Source: Candidatus Pelethousia sp.
GTDB taxonomy: Bacteria > Bacillota > Clostridia > Christensenellales > CAG-138
Reading direction: 5' to 3'
NCBI GenBank assembly: GCA_034928145.1
Contig: JAYFPE010000005.1
Span: 17,622 to 81,621, forward strand
Length of the DNA: 64,000 nucleotides
Of the stretch, positions 39,061 through 48,835 are shown one piece after another (position 1 is the first letter of the stretch; each line of letters starts with the position of its first letter). The notes under the pieces are model-generated. The model had not been told where the DNA came from and did not search any database. It was given only the letters and a program-made list of their open reading frames with translations. Both the position numbers and the translations under genes were made by a program.

Positions 39061-39201
39061 GCGTCCCTCCTTCCCCGCCCGCCGGGCGGCGCTTGTGTAA
39101 TTATAGGGTCTAAATGTTGATTTGTCAACAATCTTATGCAGCCAGGCAAGCAAAAGCCCCGAAGCCTTAACTCCGGGGATTGCGTTTGGGATAGGGCGGG
39201 C

Positions 39202-39549
39202 TTAGCCTTCCATCACACCCTTGATGATTAAGCGGTGGGTGGCGACACGGATGGGCGTGCAGGTAACCAGGGTGATCTGTGCATCCTCCGTTTTGTCGAG
39301 CACCCAAACATCCTCCGGCTCCACCACCAGGATCTCGGAAACCTTGTAGGTGTAGATTTTATCATCCCGCTCGACGATCAGTGAATCGCCGGCTTCCAAT
39401 TCACCCAGCCGGTTAAAAAACTGGCCGAAGGCATAGCTGCGATGGCCGGAGAGGGCAAAGTTGCCCGCCTCGCCCGGCATGGCCGTATCCTTGAAATGAC
39501 CCACCGCATAACGAAGCACGGAATCGTTGGTGCCCTCAGCCACAACCAC
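39202..39549 (-). pseudogene. Sortase catalytic-domain fragment lacking the N-terminal anchor and first beta strands
   Basis: His (LSGHRSY), TLxTC Cys (ITLVTCTP) and Arg (THRLIIKG) are present. Only 115 codons are open, starting at GTG 48 nt after the hcp stop, and there is no TM segment. Confidence 0.5.
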
Positions 39550-39596
39550 GTCGAGCCGGCCCGCGCAAAGCGGGCCGGCTACAAGGCGAGGGAGGT

Positions 39597-41156
39597 TTAT
39601 TTGAGCAGGTCTTCGAGGTCCTTCTCAGGCGTGGTGATGGGTGCAATGCCATAGTTCTCCACCAGGAAGGAGAGAACATTGGGAGACACGAAGGCGGGCA
39701 GGGTGGGCCCGAGGCGGATATTCTTCACGCCGAGGTAAAGCAGCGTCAGCAGGATGCAGACCGCCTTTTGTTCATACCAGGAGAGCACCATGGAAAGGGG
39801 CAGCTCGTTCACGCCGCAGTCAAAGGCTTTGGCCAGGGCCAAGGCCACCTGAATGGCGCTGTAGGCATCGTTGCATTGGCCCATATCGAGCAGGCGCGGC
39901 AGACCGCCGATCGTGCCCAGATCCAGGTCGTTGAAGCGGTATTTGCCGCAGGCTACGGTAAGCACCAGGGTGTCGGCCGGGGTCTGCTCCACAAACCGGG
40001 TATAATAATTGCGGCCGGGCTTGGCGCCATCGCAGCCGCCCACCAGGAAGAAGTGGCGGATCGCGCCTGTCTTGACCGCGGCGATTACCTGATCCGCCAC
40101 GCCTAGGACCGCATCGTGCCCAAAGCCGGTGGTAACCTCCTTGCCGCCGTTGATTCCGGTGAAACCTGTATCCGCAGCATAGCCGCCAAGGGCGAGCGCC
40201 TTCTCGACCACGGGCGTGAAATCCCGCGCCTCGTCGATGTGGATAAGGCCGGGAAAGGCCACTACGCCGGTGGTAAAGACCCGATCCGCATAGCTCTCTT
40301 TGGGCGGCATAAGGCAATTGGTGGTAAAGAGCACAGCGCCGGGGATATTGGCGAATTCCTTTTGCTGGTTTTGCCAGGCCGTGCCAAAGTTGCCCTTGAG
40401 GTGGGGATAGGCCTTCAGTTTGGGATAAGCGTGAGCGGGTAGCATTTCGCCGTGGGTATAAATATTGATGCCCTTATCCTTGGTCTGCTCGAGCAGCAGC
40501 TTCAAATCGAGCAGGTCATGCCCGCTGATTACGATGAAAGGCCCCTTCTCCACGGTGAGCGGTACGGCAGTGGGCACGGGCGCGCCGTAGGATTCGGTAT
40601 TAGCCTGGTCGAGCAGGGCCATGCATTTCAGGTTGACCTCACCCACCTTAAGCACCAGGGGCAGCAGCTCCGCCATGCCCCAATCTTCGCCAATGGCGCG
40701 CAGGGCCTCATAGAAGAAGGCATTCACAGCCTCATCCGTATAGCCCAGCACTAGGGCATGTTCGGCGTAGGCGGCCATGCCGCGCAGGCCAAAGAGGATC
40801 AGGGATTTGAGGGAGCGCACATCCTCGTCACCCTCCCATAGCAGGTTCAGATCGTAATTCGCGCCAGCACCCAATGCCTGTCTTTCGCGCTCGATCACCT
40901 CGATATGCCGCGCCAGCGCCTCGTCGTCGAAGCTGACGTTGGTTATGGTCATGAAGAGGCCCTCGATCACAGCCTTGTGGGTGGAAGCGGTGGGTTGGGC
41001 GTTCTTGGCAGCCCGCGCCAGGCCGATCATCGCGCCGGTAAGCTTATCCTGCATGCCGGCTGTTGCGGATCTTTTGCCGCAGACCCCCGCTTTTCCCTGG
41101 CAGCCCACCTGGCCCGCCGTCTGTTCGCATTGAAAACAGAACATCTCCTTCGTCAT
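39597..41156 (-). CDS. hcp: Hydroxylamine reductase / hybrid-cluster protein
   Basis: N-terminal MFCFQCEQT...C cubane motif and a full-length Hcp pattern. Confidence 0.93.
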   Translation of the reverse strand: MTKEMFCFQCEQTAGQVGCQGKAGVCGKRSATAGMQDKLTGAMIGLARAAKNAQPTASTHKAVIEGLFMTITNVSFDDEALARHIEVIERERQALGAGANYDLNLLWEGDEDVRSLKSLILFGLRGMAAYAEHALVLGYTDEAVNAFFYEALRAIGEDWGMAELLPLVLKVGEVNLKCMALLDQANTESYGAPVPTAVPLTVEKGPFIVISGHDLLDLKLLLEQTKDKGINIYTHGEMLPAHAYPKLKAYPHLKGNFGTAWQNQQKEFANIPGAVLFTTNCLMPPKESYADRVFTTGVVAFPGLIHIDEARDFTPVVEKALALGGYAADTGFTGINGGKEVTTGFGHDAVLGVADQVIAAVKTGAIRHFFLVGGCDGAKPGRNYYTRFVEQTPADTLVLTVACGKYRFNDLDLGTIGGLPRLLDMGQCNDAYSAIQVALALAKAFDCGVNELPLSMVLSWYEQKAVCILLTLLYLGVKNIRLGPTLPAFVSPNVLSFLVENYGIAPITTPEKDLEDLLK

Positions 41157-41184
41157 GGCTTTCCTCCTAAATTTATTATTTTGC

Positions 41185-41886
41185 TTAATCCAGAATTCGT
41201 CCGTCCGTGGAGATGGTGACCACCTGCCAGGGGATGAATTTTCCGCTTGCCTGCAGGGCTTGCTTGGCAGCGGCCTCCAGGCCGCCGCAGCAGGGTACCT
41301 CCATGCGCGCGATGGTCAGGCTCTTGATCTCGTTTTGGCGGATAATCTCAGTAAGCTTCTCGGCATAATCCACGGCATCCAGCTTGGGGCAGCCGATGAG
41401 GGTGGTGTGATTACGGATGAAGCGGTTATGGAAATCGCCATAGGCAAAGGCCGTGCAATCCGCGGCGATGAGCAGGTTCGCGCCGTTGAAGTAGGGCGCG
41501 CGCACCGGCGCCAGCTTAATTTGCACCGGCCATTGGGAGAGCTGGCTCTCCGCTACCGCCGCGCCTTGGGCGGGTGCGACCGCGCGCTCGATGGCCTTGG
41601 CGCGGGTCCCGGGGCAGCCGCAGGGCACGGCACCGCCGGCCTTTGCTTTGGCGGCCTGGTTCGCCTTTACGGCGGCCTCGTCATAAGCGGCGGCCTCCCG
41701 CTCCACAAAGGAGATCGCGTTTACCGGGCAGGCAGGTAGGCAGTCGCCCAAACCGTCGCAATAATCATCGCGCATCAGCTTGGCTTTGCCGTTTACCATC
41801 GCAATGGCCCCTTCGTGGCAGGCAGCCGCACAAGCGCCGCAGCCATTGCATTTTTCTCCATCTATCTCAATAATCCTTCTTAACAC
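41185..41886 (-). CDS. 4Fe-4S dicluster domain protein co-transcribed with hcp
   Basis: CNGCGACAAAC and CDGLGDCLPAC ferredoxin motifs, with a 28-nt gap to hcp. Confidence 0.75.
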   Translation of the reverse strand: MLRRIIEIDGEKCNGCGACAAACHEGAIAMVNGKAKLMRDDYCDGLGDCLPACPVNAISFVEREAAAYDEAAVKANQAAKAKAGGAVPCGCPGTRAKAIERAVAPAQGAAVAESQLSQWPVQIKLAPVRAPYFNGANLLIAADCTAFAYGDFHNRFIRNHTTLIGCPKLDAVDYAEKLTEIIRQNEIKSLTIARMEVPCCGGLEAAAKQALQASGKFIPWQVVTISTDGRILD

Positions 41887-41965
41887 AATGTCTTCCTCCT
41901 TCTTGCTTTTACGGCCTTACTATATTACAATCAAAAAAAGGAGTCCGTTGTATTTCCCACGGATC

Positions 41966-42649
41966 ATGAAAAGGATGAAAGAATATTTGGATGTCATCAT
42001 GGCCTGCGGCCTCTTTGCGGGCGTGGAGGCCGACGAGGCCGAGGCCATGCTAGGCTGCCTGGGCGCGCGCAAGCTACAATTCCGCAAGGGTGAATACATC
42101 TTTCGCGCGGGCGAGCGGGCCGAGAGCATGGGCATAGTGCTCGCGGGCAGCGCCTTTGTGGTGCATGAAAGCTTTTGGGGTGATCGGCACATCGTCACCC
42201 GGCTGCATCCCGGCCAACTCTTTGCGGAATCCTTCGCCTGCACGCCGGGGGCGGTGCTGAATGTGGGCATCGTAGCGGATGCGCCGGTTACGGCCATGCT
42301 CCTCGACGTGCGCCGCGTACTCACCACCTGCCCCAGCGGCTGCGCCTTCCACCAGCGGGTGATCCGCAATCTGCTCTCGGTTCTGGCGGGCAAAAACCTC
42401 GATTTTAACGAAAAACTAACCCATATGGGCCAGCGAACCACCCGGCAGAAAGTGCTCTCCTATCTATCGGCCGAGGCCCTGCGCCAGGGCCATGCGGCCT
42501 TTGACATCCCCTTTAGCCGCCAACAACTAGCCGATTATCTGGCGGTAGACCGCAGTGCCCTTTCCAGCGAGCTGTCCAAGCTGCAAAGAGAGGGCGTGCT
42601 CAGCTTTCACAAAAACCATTTCGAACTGCTGGAGCAAACGGATTTTTAA
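41966..42649 (+). CDS. Crp/Fnr-family regulator (HcpR-like by context)
   Basis: cNMP-binding fold plus a C-terminal HTH (SRQQLADYLAVDRSALSSELSKL), divergent from the hcp operon. An in-frame TTG at 41948, after an AAGGAG SD, is an alternative start. Confidence 0.85.
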   Translation: MKRMKEYLDVIMACGLFAGVEADEAEAMLGCLGARKLQFRKGEYIFRAGERAESMGIVLAGSAFVVHESFWGDRHIVTRLHPGQLFAESFACTPGAVLNVGIVADAPVTAMLLDVRRVLTTCPSGCAFHQRVIRNLLSVLAGKNLDFNEKLTHMGQRTTRQKVLSYLSAEALRQGHAAFDIPFSRQQLADYLAVDRSALSSELSKLQREGVLSFHKNHFELLEQTDF

Positions 42650-42683
42650 ACACAAAAAAGCGGCATAAGCCGCTTTTTTGCGT

Positions 42684-43256
42684 TCACGCCAGAATGCCCA
42701 GGTGCTCCAGCAATATATTCAAGCCGATGAGGATCAAAATCACGCCGCCGGCCACCCCGGCCTTACTGGACCACCGGGAGCCGAGCGTACGCCCGGCCCC
42801 TACGCCAACCGCGCACAAAAGGAAGGTGATGACGCCGATAACGGAGACAGCCCAAAGTACGTTCACACCCGGCAGCAGTGCAAAGGTGATGCCCACGGCC
42901 AGCGCATCGATGCTGGTGGCCAGGGCCATCATCAGCATGGGCTTCCAGCCGAAGCCCTCGTCCCCGCTCTCGCAATCCTCACCGGGGGCAAGGGCTTCGC
43001 GGATCATGTTTGCGCCGATCAGGGTGAGCAGAGCGAATACCACCCAATGATCTATGGCGATGATATAGCGATCAAAGGTCGTGCCCATCAGATAGCCCAA
43101 GAGGGGCATCAGCGCCTGAAAGCCTCCAAACCATAGCCCGGTGGAAAGCATATACCTAAGGCGCATCCGCTTTACGCTCAGCCCTTTGCAGACCGATACG
43201 GCAAAGGCGTCCATCGAAAGGCCCACTGCCAGCAGCAGCAATTCCGTAAATCCCAT
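42684..43256 (-). CDS. mntP: Manganese efflux pump MntP
   Basis: MGFTELLLLAVGLSMDAFAVS and a second SIDALAVG repeat; six TM segments. Confidence 0.9.
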   Translation of the reverse strand: MGFTELLLLAVGLSMDAFAVSVCKGLSVKRMRLRYMLSTGLWFGGFQALMPLLGYLMGTTFDRYIIAIDHWVVFALLTLIGANMIREALAPGEDCESGDEGFGWKPMLMMALATSIDALAVGITFALLPGVNVLWAVSVIGVITFLLCAVGVGAGRTLGSRWSSKAGVAGGVILILIGLNILLEHLGILA

Positions 43257-43299
43257 GATCTTCTAAATTCCCTTCCGCTTTTGTATCGTTATGATAGCA

Positions 43300-43473
43300 T
43301 ATAAAATAAAAGACCCAGTACAGCCGTCATCCGCTGCCGCCCTGCGGCTTACGGAAGTTCTATACATGAGTCTCGTTCTATTAAGATATGCCAGGCGGTT
43401 AAGCCAGCATGTTGACATATCACGCCCGTGCGCGAACTACTCCCTCACGGTATTCAGTTTTTATACCCCATAG
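43300..43473 (-). promoter_or_regulatory. yybP-ykoY (Mn2+) riboswitch in the mntP leader
   Basis: The minus strand reads CGUGAG-GGAGUAG...GUCAACAUGC...GAGA-CUCAUG. The conserved GGAGUAG, GUCAACAU and GAGAC blocks are present, and P1 is closed by CGUGAG/CUCAUG. It lies directly upstream of a Mn exporter gene. Confidence 0.7.
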
Positions 43474-43479
43474 TTTGTT

Positions 43480-43508
43480 TATCATATCATCTTTTGCATG
43501 CAATCGCA
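43480..43508 (-). promoter_or_regulatory. Promoter for the riboswitch-mntP transcript
   Basis: On the minus strand: TTGCGA, a 17-nt spacer and TATGAT. Confidence 0.5.
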
Positions 43509-43701
43509 ACTTGAAAAGAAAAAAGAAGCGCATGGCCGCGCCTGTGCGACTGAAAGCGTTGTTTTTTGTCTTTATCTACATCATTCGTAAAAATTTGCGG
43601 CTGCGCTCTGGCCTCGGGCTGGCGCCCATGTTATAATGAAAAAAGTGGGGAGCAGTTCCCCGCTTCTACTCTTCCTGCCCTTTCCCAGGAGAAGAAACGA
43701 C

Positions 43702-45426
43702 ATGAGCATCCCTATAACCGATCACTATACAGTAGCAGATCCGCCAAAGGATCCGTTACCAAGCAATCTCCCTGTCGCTATCATTGAAACCGCCTTAGAC
43801 GGGGACAGGCTTTGCTTTAAGATTCTTTGCCCGGGCCCGTTAGCCCCCTTGTTTGGCACCGAGGACCTGCAAGCGGGTCTGAATGCGGGCGATCCCCGCG
43901 GCGGGCCGCTAGCGGTTTGCAGGGAGCAGCTATGCGCGGCCTATGACGACAACGAGCCTGTGGATACGGATTTTCGCCTCATGCTCGCGAAGGGTTCCGC
44001 CTGCTGGCTCAACCTTAAAAGCAGCCGCCGGCCGGATGGCCGCCTTTTATGCGTTTTTACGGATGTGACCCGGCTCAAAACAGCGGAGCAACCGCCCTGG
44101 CTGATGAGCGGGCAGTTCCGCGGCGTAATGCGCCAAGCCGGGCTGAACATATGGGAATACGACCATATAAGCCGCAGGCTGCGCCTGATGTGCGTAGAGG
44201 ATCCCGCTTCCCCAAACCCGGGGCATTTTTTCCACCCCCGGCAGGGCGGCGACCTGATCATTGAGGATTTCCCCGCCAAGGTTGGCCTGGCGTTCGCGGG
44301 CACGGCGGAAAACGAAGAGCGCCTCCGCCTGGCTTGGTTGGAACTGCATAGCAGGCTGCCCATGCGGCCGATCCACTTTCGCTTCGAACATACGGACAAG
44401 CGTCCGCTCTGGGTGGAGATCGGCGGCGAAACCATCTGCGATGAAGCAGGCCGGCCCCTGCGGGATATGGGCTATTTTCGGGATATCTCCCTCGAAAAGG
44501 AGCGGGAGCAGGAGGAGAAGGTCAGCAAGCTGCGCCTGCAAAAGCTGGAGGAAAGCGCCCTCTACAACCTGCGCATAAACCTTACCAATGACAGCCTTGC
44601 CCTCAATGCGTCCGGCATTCAATGGCTGGGGGACACCGGCAACAAAGCGGGCCGCAGCGTTTCCCAATGCATGGAACATGTTTGCAACACCCTGGTCTTG
44701 CCCGCCTTCCAGCCGCAAATGCGCCGCTTTTTGCACCCGGGGCGGCTATTGGAGGCCTTCGAGAAGGACGAGACCAGCGGCCATATGGAATACCAACGGA
44801 TCTGCGCGGGCGTCACGCGGTGGTGCCGGCTGGAATACCACCTGGCCCGCCGGGAGGATACGGGAGATATCTGCTGCTATCTTTTCGTAATGGATATCGA
44901 GGCGCGTAAACAGCGGGAGCAACTGCTGCGCCAGCGGGCCGAGATCGACGAGCAGAGCGGCGTATTCAACCGCCAGGCCGGCCTGGAGCGGATCCGGGCG
45001 GCCTTGGCCAAAACCCTATGTGAGGGCGGCACCGGCGGCTTCATCATGTGCGACCTCGATAACTTCAAGCGCATCAACGATACTTGGGGCCATGCGGCGG
45101 GCGATGCGGTAATCACAGAGACCGGCCGCCTGCTGCTAAGCGTCTTTTGCGAGCCGTCTATCGTTTGCCGCATGGGCGGGGATGAATTCGTGGTCTATTG
45201 CCCGGGTCTTTCCCGGCAGGAGGTAGAGAATAAGGCCCAAAGCCTGCTCGTATGCGCAAGGGAGATCCGCATTGGCGGCGGCAACGCCCGTCTCTCCCTC
45301 TCAGCAGGGGTGGCAATGGTGCCCGCGCAGGGCGCGGATTTCGATACCCTTTACCCTCGGGCAGACGCCATGCTCTACCTTGTCAAGGAGCGGGGGAAGA
45401 ACGGCTACTGCTTTGCGGAGGGTTGA
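43702..45426 (+). CDS. PAS-domain diguanylate cyclase (GGDEF)
   Basis: C-terminal GGDEF domain (DLDNFKRINDTWGHAAGD ... RMGGDEFVV). The start is moved to MSIPITD, after an AGGAGA SD. Confidence 0.85.
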   Translation: MSIPITDHYTVADPPKDPLPSNLPVAIIETALDGDRLCFKILCPGPLAPLFGTEDLQAGLNAGDPRGGPLAVCREQLCAAYDDNEPVDTDFRLMLAKGSACWLNLKSSRRPDGRLLCVFTDVTRLKTAEQPPWLMSGQFRGVMRQAGLNIWEYDHISRRLRLMCVEDPASPNPGHFFHPRQGGDLIIEDFPAKVGLAFAGTAENEERLRLAWLELHSRLPMRPIHFRFEHTDKRPLWVEIGGETICDEAGRPLRDMGYFRDISLEKEREQEEKVSKLRLQKLEESALYNLRINLTNDSLALNASGIQWLGDTGNKAGRSVSQCMEHVCNTLVLPAFQPQMRRFLHPGRLLEAFEKDETSGHMEYQRICAGVTRWCRLEYHLARREDTGDICCYLFVMDIEARKQREQLLRQRAEIDEQSGVFNRQAGLERIRAALAKTLCEGGTGGFIMCDLDNFKRINDTWGHAAGDAVITETGRLLLSVFCEPSIVCRMGGDEFVVYCPGLSRQEVENKAQSLLVCAREIRIGGGNARLSLSAGVAMVPAQGADFDTLYPRADAMLYLVKERGKNGYCFAEG

Positions 45427-45457
45427 AGGCTTGGCCTTGCGGCTGTATGATAGGGGC

Positions 45458-46516
45458 ATGGATAAACATGCCCCTTTTCAATTGCCCTCCTTTTCCGGTC
45501 TGGAGCGACTGCCTGCGGCGCTTTTGCCCTGGTATGCCCAAAATGCCCGCGCCCTCCCCTGGAGGGCGGATAGGCAGCCTTATCGCGTGTGGCTCAGCGA
45601 GGTCATGCTGCAGCAGACCCGCGCCGGGGCCGTGCGCGGCTATTACCTGCGCTTTCTCGAGGCCCTGCCAACCCTCGCCAATCTGGCCGAGGTTGAGGAA
45701 GGCCGCCTTTTCAAGCTGTGGGAAGGCCTGGGCTACTATAGCCGGGTCCGCAATCTGCAAAAAGCCGCCCGCATCATCATGGCCGAGCATGGGGGCGTAT
45801 TTCCCCGGCAATATGAACAAGTGCGCGCCCTGCCTGGCATCGGTGATTATACCGCCGGAGCAATCTGTTCCATCTGCTTCGAGCTTCCCACGGCAGCCGT
45901 AGATGGCAACGTGCTGCGCTGTGTCGCCCGCCTGGAGGATATCGGCCAGGCCATGGATACGCCCCCAATGAAGCGGGCCGTGGCCGCGGCTTTAAGCGCC
46001 GTATATCCCCCCGGCAATTGCGGGGATTTTACCCAAAGCCTGATGGAGCTGGGGGCTACCGTTTGCCTGCCCGGTTCCAAGCCCCGCTGCACGGATTGCC
46101 CGGCCCAAAGCTTTTGTAAGGCCCATGCGGCCGGCCGGGCGGGTGAGCTGCCCCTTCTTACCTCCAAGCGGCCCCGCAAAGCGGAGGAGCGCACGGTGTT
46201 CCTGCTGGCGCACGAGGGCAGGCTGGCCCTTTGCCAAAGGCCGGATAAGGGGCTGCTGGCCGGGTTATGGCAGTTCCCCAATGTAAGCGGCGCATTAGGT
46301 CCGCAGGAGGCCCTGGCCCAGGCCGCGGCCTGGGGCGCAGAACCTATCGCTCCCGAGCAGGCCCTATCCCGCACACACGTATTCACTCATCTCGAATGGC
46401 AGATGACCGCCTACCGCATCCGCTGCGGCATGGCCGCCCCCGCCTTCGTTTGGGCCACCCCGGCGGAATTATCCGAAACATACGCCCTGCCCACGGCCTT
46501 CCGCCAATTCCTATAA
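45458..46516 (+). CDS. mutY: A/G-specific adenine glycosylase
   Basis: PWR...PYRVWLSEVMLQQT, HhH-GPD (LPGIGDYTAGAI), a 4-Cys cluster (C-x6-C-x2-C-x5-C) and a C-terminal NUDIX-like domain. Confidence 0.9.
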   Translation: MDKHAPFQLPSFSGLERLPAALLPWYAQNARALPWRADRQPYRVWLSEVMLQQTRAGAVRGYYLRFLEALPTLANLAEVEEGRLFKLWEGLGYYSRVRNLQKAARIIMAEHGGVFPRQYEQVRALPGIGDYTAGAICSICFELPTAAVDGNVLRCVARLEDIGQAMDTPPMKRAVAAALSAVYPPGNCGDFTQSLMELGATVCLPGSKPRCTDCPAQSFCKAHAAGRAGELPLLTSKRPRKAEERTVFLLAHEGRLALCQRPDKGLLAGLWQFPNVSGALGPQEALAQAAAWGAEPIAPEQALSRTHVFTHLEWQMTAYRIRCGMAAPAFVWATPAELSETYALPTAFRQFL

Positions 46517-46651
46517 AAAGGCCGCGCTGCTTTTCGGCAAAATCCTGCACAAAATTGTTAAAATTTATGGTTTACCTGTTCGGGAGGGTCTAAATGCAGT
46601 ATAATGTGGCTAGTCTTTTGGCTAGACTTCGATTTGCGAGGTTTTTTCGTT

Positions 46652-48079
46652 ATGGAACAGGATCAGCGCCAACCACAGGGCCAGGCCCGGATGAACAGGG
46701 CCCAACCCAATGGTCGGCATAAAAAACGCAAGAAGAAAAAAAAGATGGGCGCCGCCGCCAAAATTGTCCTCGCGGTCGTTTTGGCGCTGATTGTGTGCGC
46801 CGTAATCTGGGGCGTTAAGTTCTATCAGGATATCACCGCCCCCAGCAATCTCTTCGAGGTCATCTCCACGCCCGAGGCGGCGCCCACGCCCGAGGCCGAT
46901 AACGGTCCCACGTTTGAGCCCACCCCCTCCCCCACGCCGGATCCGGAAGCCGTTTTGAGCGGCGAGGCAGACCTCGAGTTTATGCAGAACAGGGCCAACA
47001 TTTTGGTGCTGGGTATCGATGAGAGCACGGAGCGGGAGAATTGGGGCTCCTTCCGTACGGATACAATCATGCTGGTCACCATCGATTTTGCCACCAACGA
47101 TGTGGATATCATCTCCGTGCCGCGCGACAGCTACGTTAAAATTTATACCGCCAAGGGTAGCCTGGCCAATGAGGCCGCGCCCTTTGCCAAGATCAACTCC
47201 GCCTTCTCCGCAGGCGGCGGCGCGCAGAAAGACGGCTTTGCCTACACGGCCAATACCGTTTCCAAGCTGTTGGGCGTGCCTATCGACTATTACGTAGGCT
47301 TCAACATGAACGTGGTCAAAGAGGTGGTCAATGCCATGGGCGGCGTGGATTACGACGTGGATGTGGACGTCAATATGAACGGCCGCCAGCTGTTCCCTGG
47401 CGTTCAGCATCTGGATGGCCAGGGCGTGTTGGATTATTGCCGCCAACGCAAGGGCTCGAGCGATATCGCCCGGGTAGGCCGCCAGCAAAAGATGGTGGCC
47501 GCCATCGTACAGCAGCTCAAATCCACACAGCAGATTGTCAACATCCCCAATATCTATAAGGCCGTAGAGCAGAATATCATGACGAACCTAAGCTTCAAGC
47601 AGATATCTTCCCTCTCCCTGGTGGCCCTGCGAATGGATATGGCCCAACTCGCCACCCATACGCTGGAGGGCAAAGCCTTCGACTACAGCGGCCGGGATTA
47701 TTGGGGCCTCTACTCCGCCCGGGCGGAAACGCTGATGAGCGAGGTTTTCGGCACCAAGGTCTCCGTGGACGCGGATGCGGATGTGACGAATATCACCGCC
47801 CAGATCGAGCTTAACCGCCAGCTGATCGCAGCTGAGCTCAGCGCCGCCAACAGCGCCTATTACCAGGGGCAGAGCCTGCTTAGCGGCTACGGCGCTTACC
47901 TTGACCAGAACACCAAGGATATCCTCCAATCCTACCTCAGCCTCTTGGCGGACGCCATCGACGCCGAGGATAAGGCCCTGCTGGATACCTATACGCCGCC
48001 TGTGCAGCAGCTCAACGCGCAGATCGCTTCCATGCTCGGCGGCATGAGCTACGGCTCGGATGGCATGGTCATACAGTAG
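46652..48079 (+). CDS. LytR-CpsA-Psr (LCP) family protein
   Basis: Basic N-terminus, a TM helix, then the LCP core (NILVLGIDES...RTDTIMLV...SVPRDSYV...LDYCRQR). Confidence 0.85.
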   Translation: MEQDQRQPQGQARMNRAQPNGRHKKRKKKKKMGAAAKIVLAVVLALIVCAVIWGVKFYQDITAPSNLFEVISTPEAAPTPEADNGPTFEPTPSPTPDPEAVLSGEADLEFMQNRANILVLGIDESTERENWGSFRTDTIMLVTIDFATNDVDIISVPRDSYVKIYTAKGSLANEAAPFAKINSAFSAGGGAQKDGFAYTANTVSKLLGVPIDYYVGFNMNVVKEVVNAMGGVDYDVDVDVNMNGRQLFPGVQHLDGQGVLDYCRQRKGSSDIARVGRQQKMVAAIVQQLKSTQQIVNIPNIYKAVEQNIMTNLSFKQISSLSLVALRMDMAQLATHTLEGKAFDYSGRDYWGLYSARAETLMSEVFGTKVSVDADADVTNITAQIELNRQLIAAELSAANSAYYQGQSLLSGYGAYLDQNTKDILQSYLSLLADAIDAEDKALLDTYTPPVQQLNAQIASMLGGMSYGSDGMVIQ

Positions 48080-48092
48080 CGGGAGGAGCTTC

Positions 48093-48581
48093 ATGTCCGT
48101 ACAGATCGTTCGTGAATATCTATCCGCCTTTGGTAAAGGCGATTCCATTTTGGAGTTCGATATGTCCAGCGCCACGGTAGAGCTGGCTGCCCAGGCTGTG
48201 GGCGCGGCGCCGGCCCGCATCGCCAAGACTCTCTCCTTCCAGAACCGGGCGGGGGATGGCTGCATGCTGGTGGTTATGGCCGGGGACGCCAAGGCCGACA
48301 ACCGCAAATTCAAGGATCAATTCGGCTTTAAGGCACGCATGCTGGCCCATGAGGATGCCCTCGCCTTTACGGGGCACGCCGTAGGCGGCGTATGCCCCTT
48401 TGCCCTGCCGGAAGGCGTGCCGGTTTATCTCGATGTTTCCATGCGCCGCTTCGATATCATCTACCCCGCTGCGGGCAGCGCCAACAGCGCCGTGCCCATG
48501 AGCTGCGAGGAATTGGAGCGTTGCGCCCGCGCTGCCGCCTGGGTAGACGTATGCAAGGGCTGGTGCGAAGAAGAAGCATAA
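48093..48581 (+). CDS. YbaK/EbsC-family aminoacyl-tRNA deacylase
   Basis: IAKTLSF...GGVCPF motifs. The start is moved to MSVQIVR, after a GGGAGG SD. Confidence 0.8.
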   Translation: MSVQIVREYLSAFGKGDSILEFDMSSATVELAAQAVGAAPARIAKTLSFQNRAGDGCMLVVMAGDAKADNRKFKDQFGFKARMLAHEDALAFTGHAVGGVCPFALPEGVPVYLDVSMRRFDIIYPAAGSANSAVPMSCEELERCARAAAWVDVCKGWCEEEA

Positions 48582-48619
48582 GCGGCGCCGTTTTCTCATC
48601 ATATTGACGGAGGTTTTGC

Positions 48620-48724
48620 ATGTTTTTTGCTTTGAGCGATCCTGTAAAGCTGACCCTGGGGGTCTGCGTGGCGGCTATCCTGGTGGCCCTGATCCTATAT
48701 GGTGTCCACAAGCGCAAAGTATAA
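48620..48724 (+). CDS. 34-aa single-TM micro-protein (tentative)
   Basis: A GGAGG SD lies 6 nt before the ATG. The translation is MFFALSDPVKLTLGVCVAAILVALILYGVHKRKV. Confidence 0.3.
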   Translation: MFFALSDPVKLTLGVCVAAILVALILYGVHKRKV

Positions 48725-48835
48725 CGCCCGTTTACGGTATCCATAGATTAGGCCGCTTGTAAACGGCCCGTTTCAATTACGAAAGCGCAGGCGCGCCGGA
48801 ACCTTCCGGCGCGCTTTTCCGTGCCCGCATTCTCT

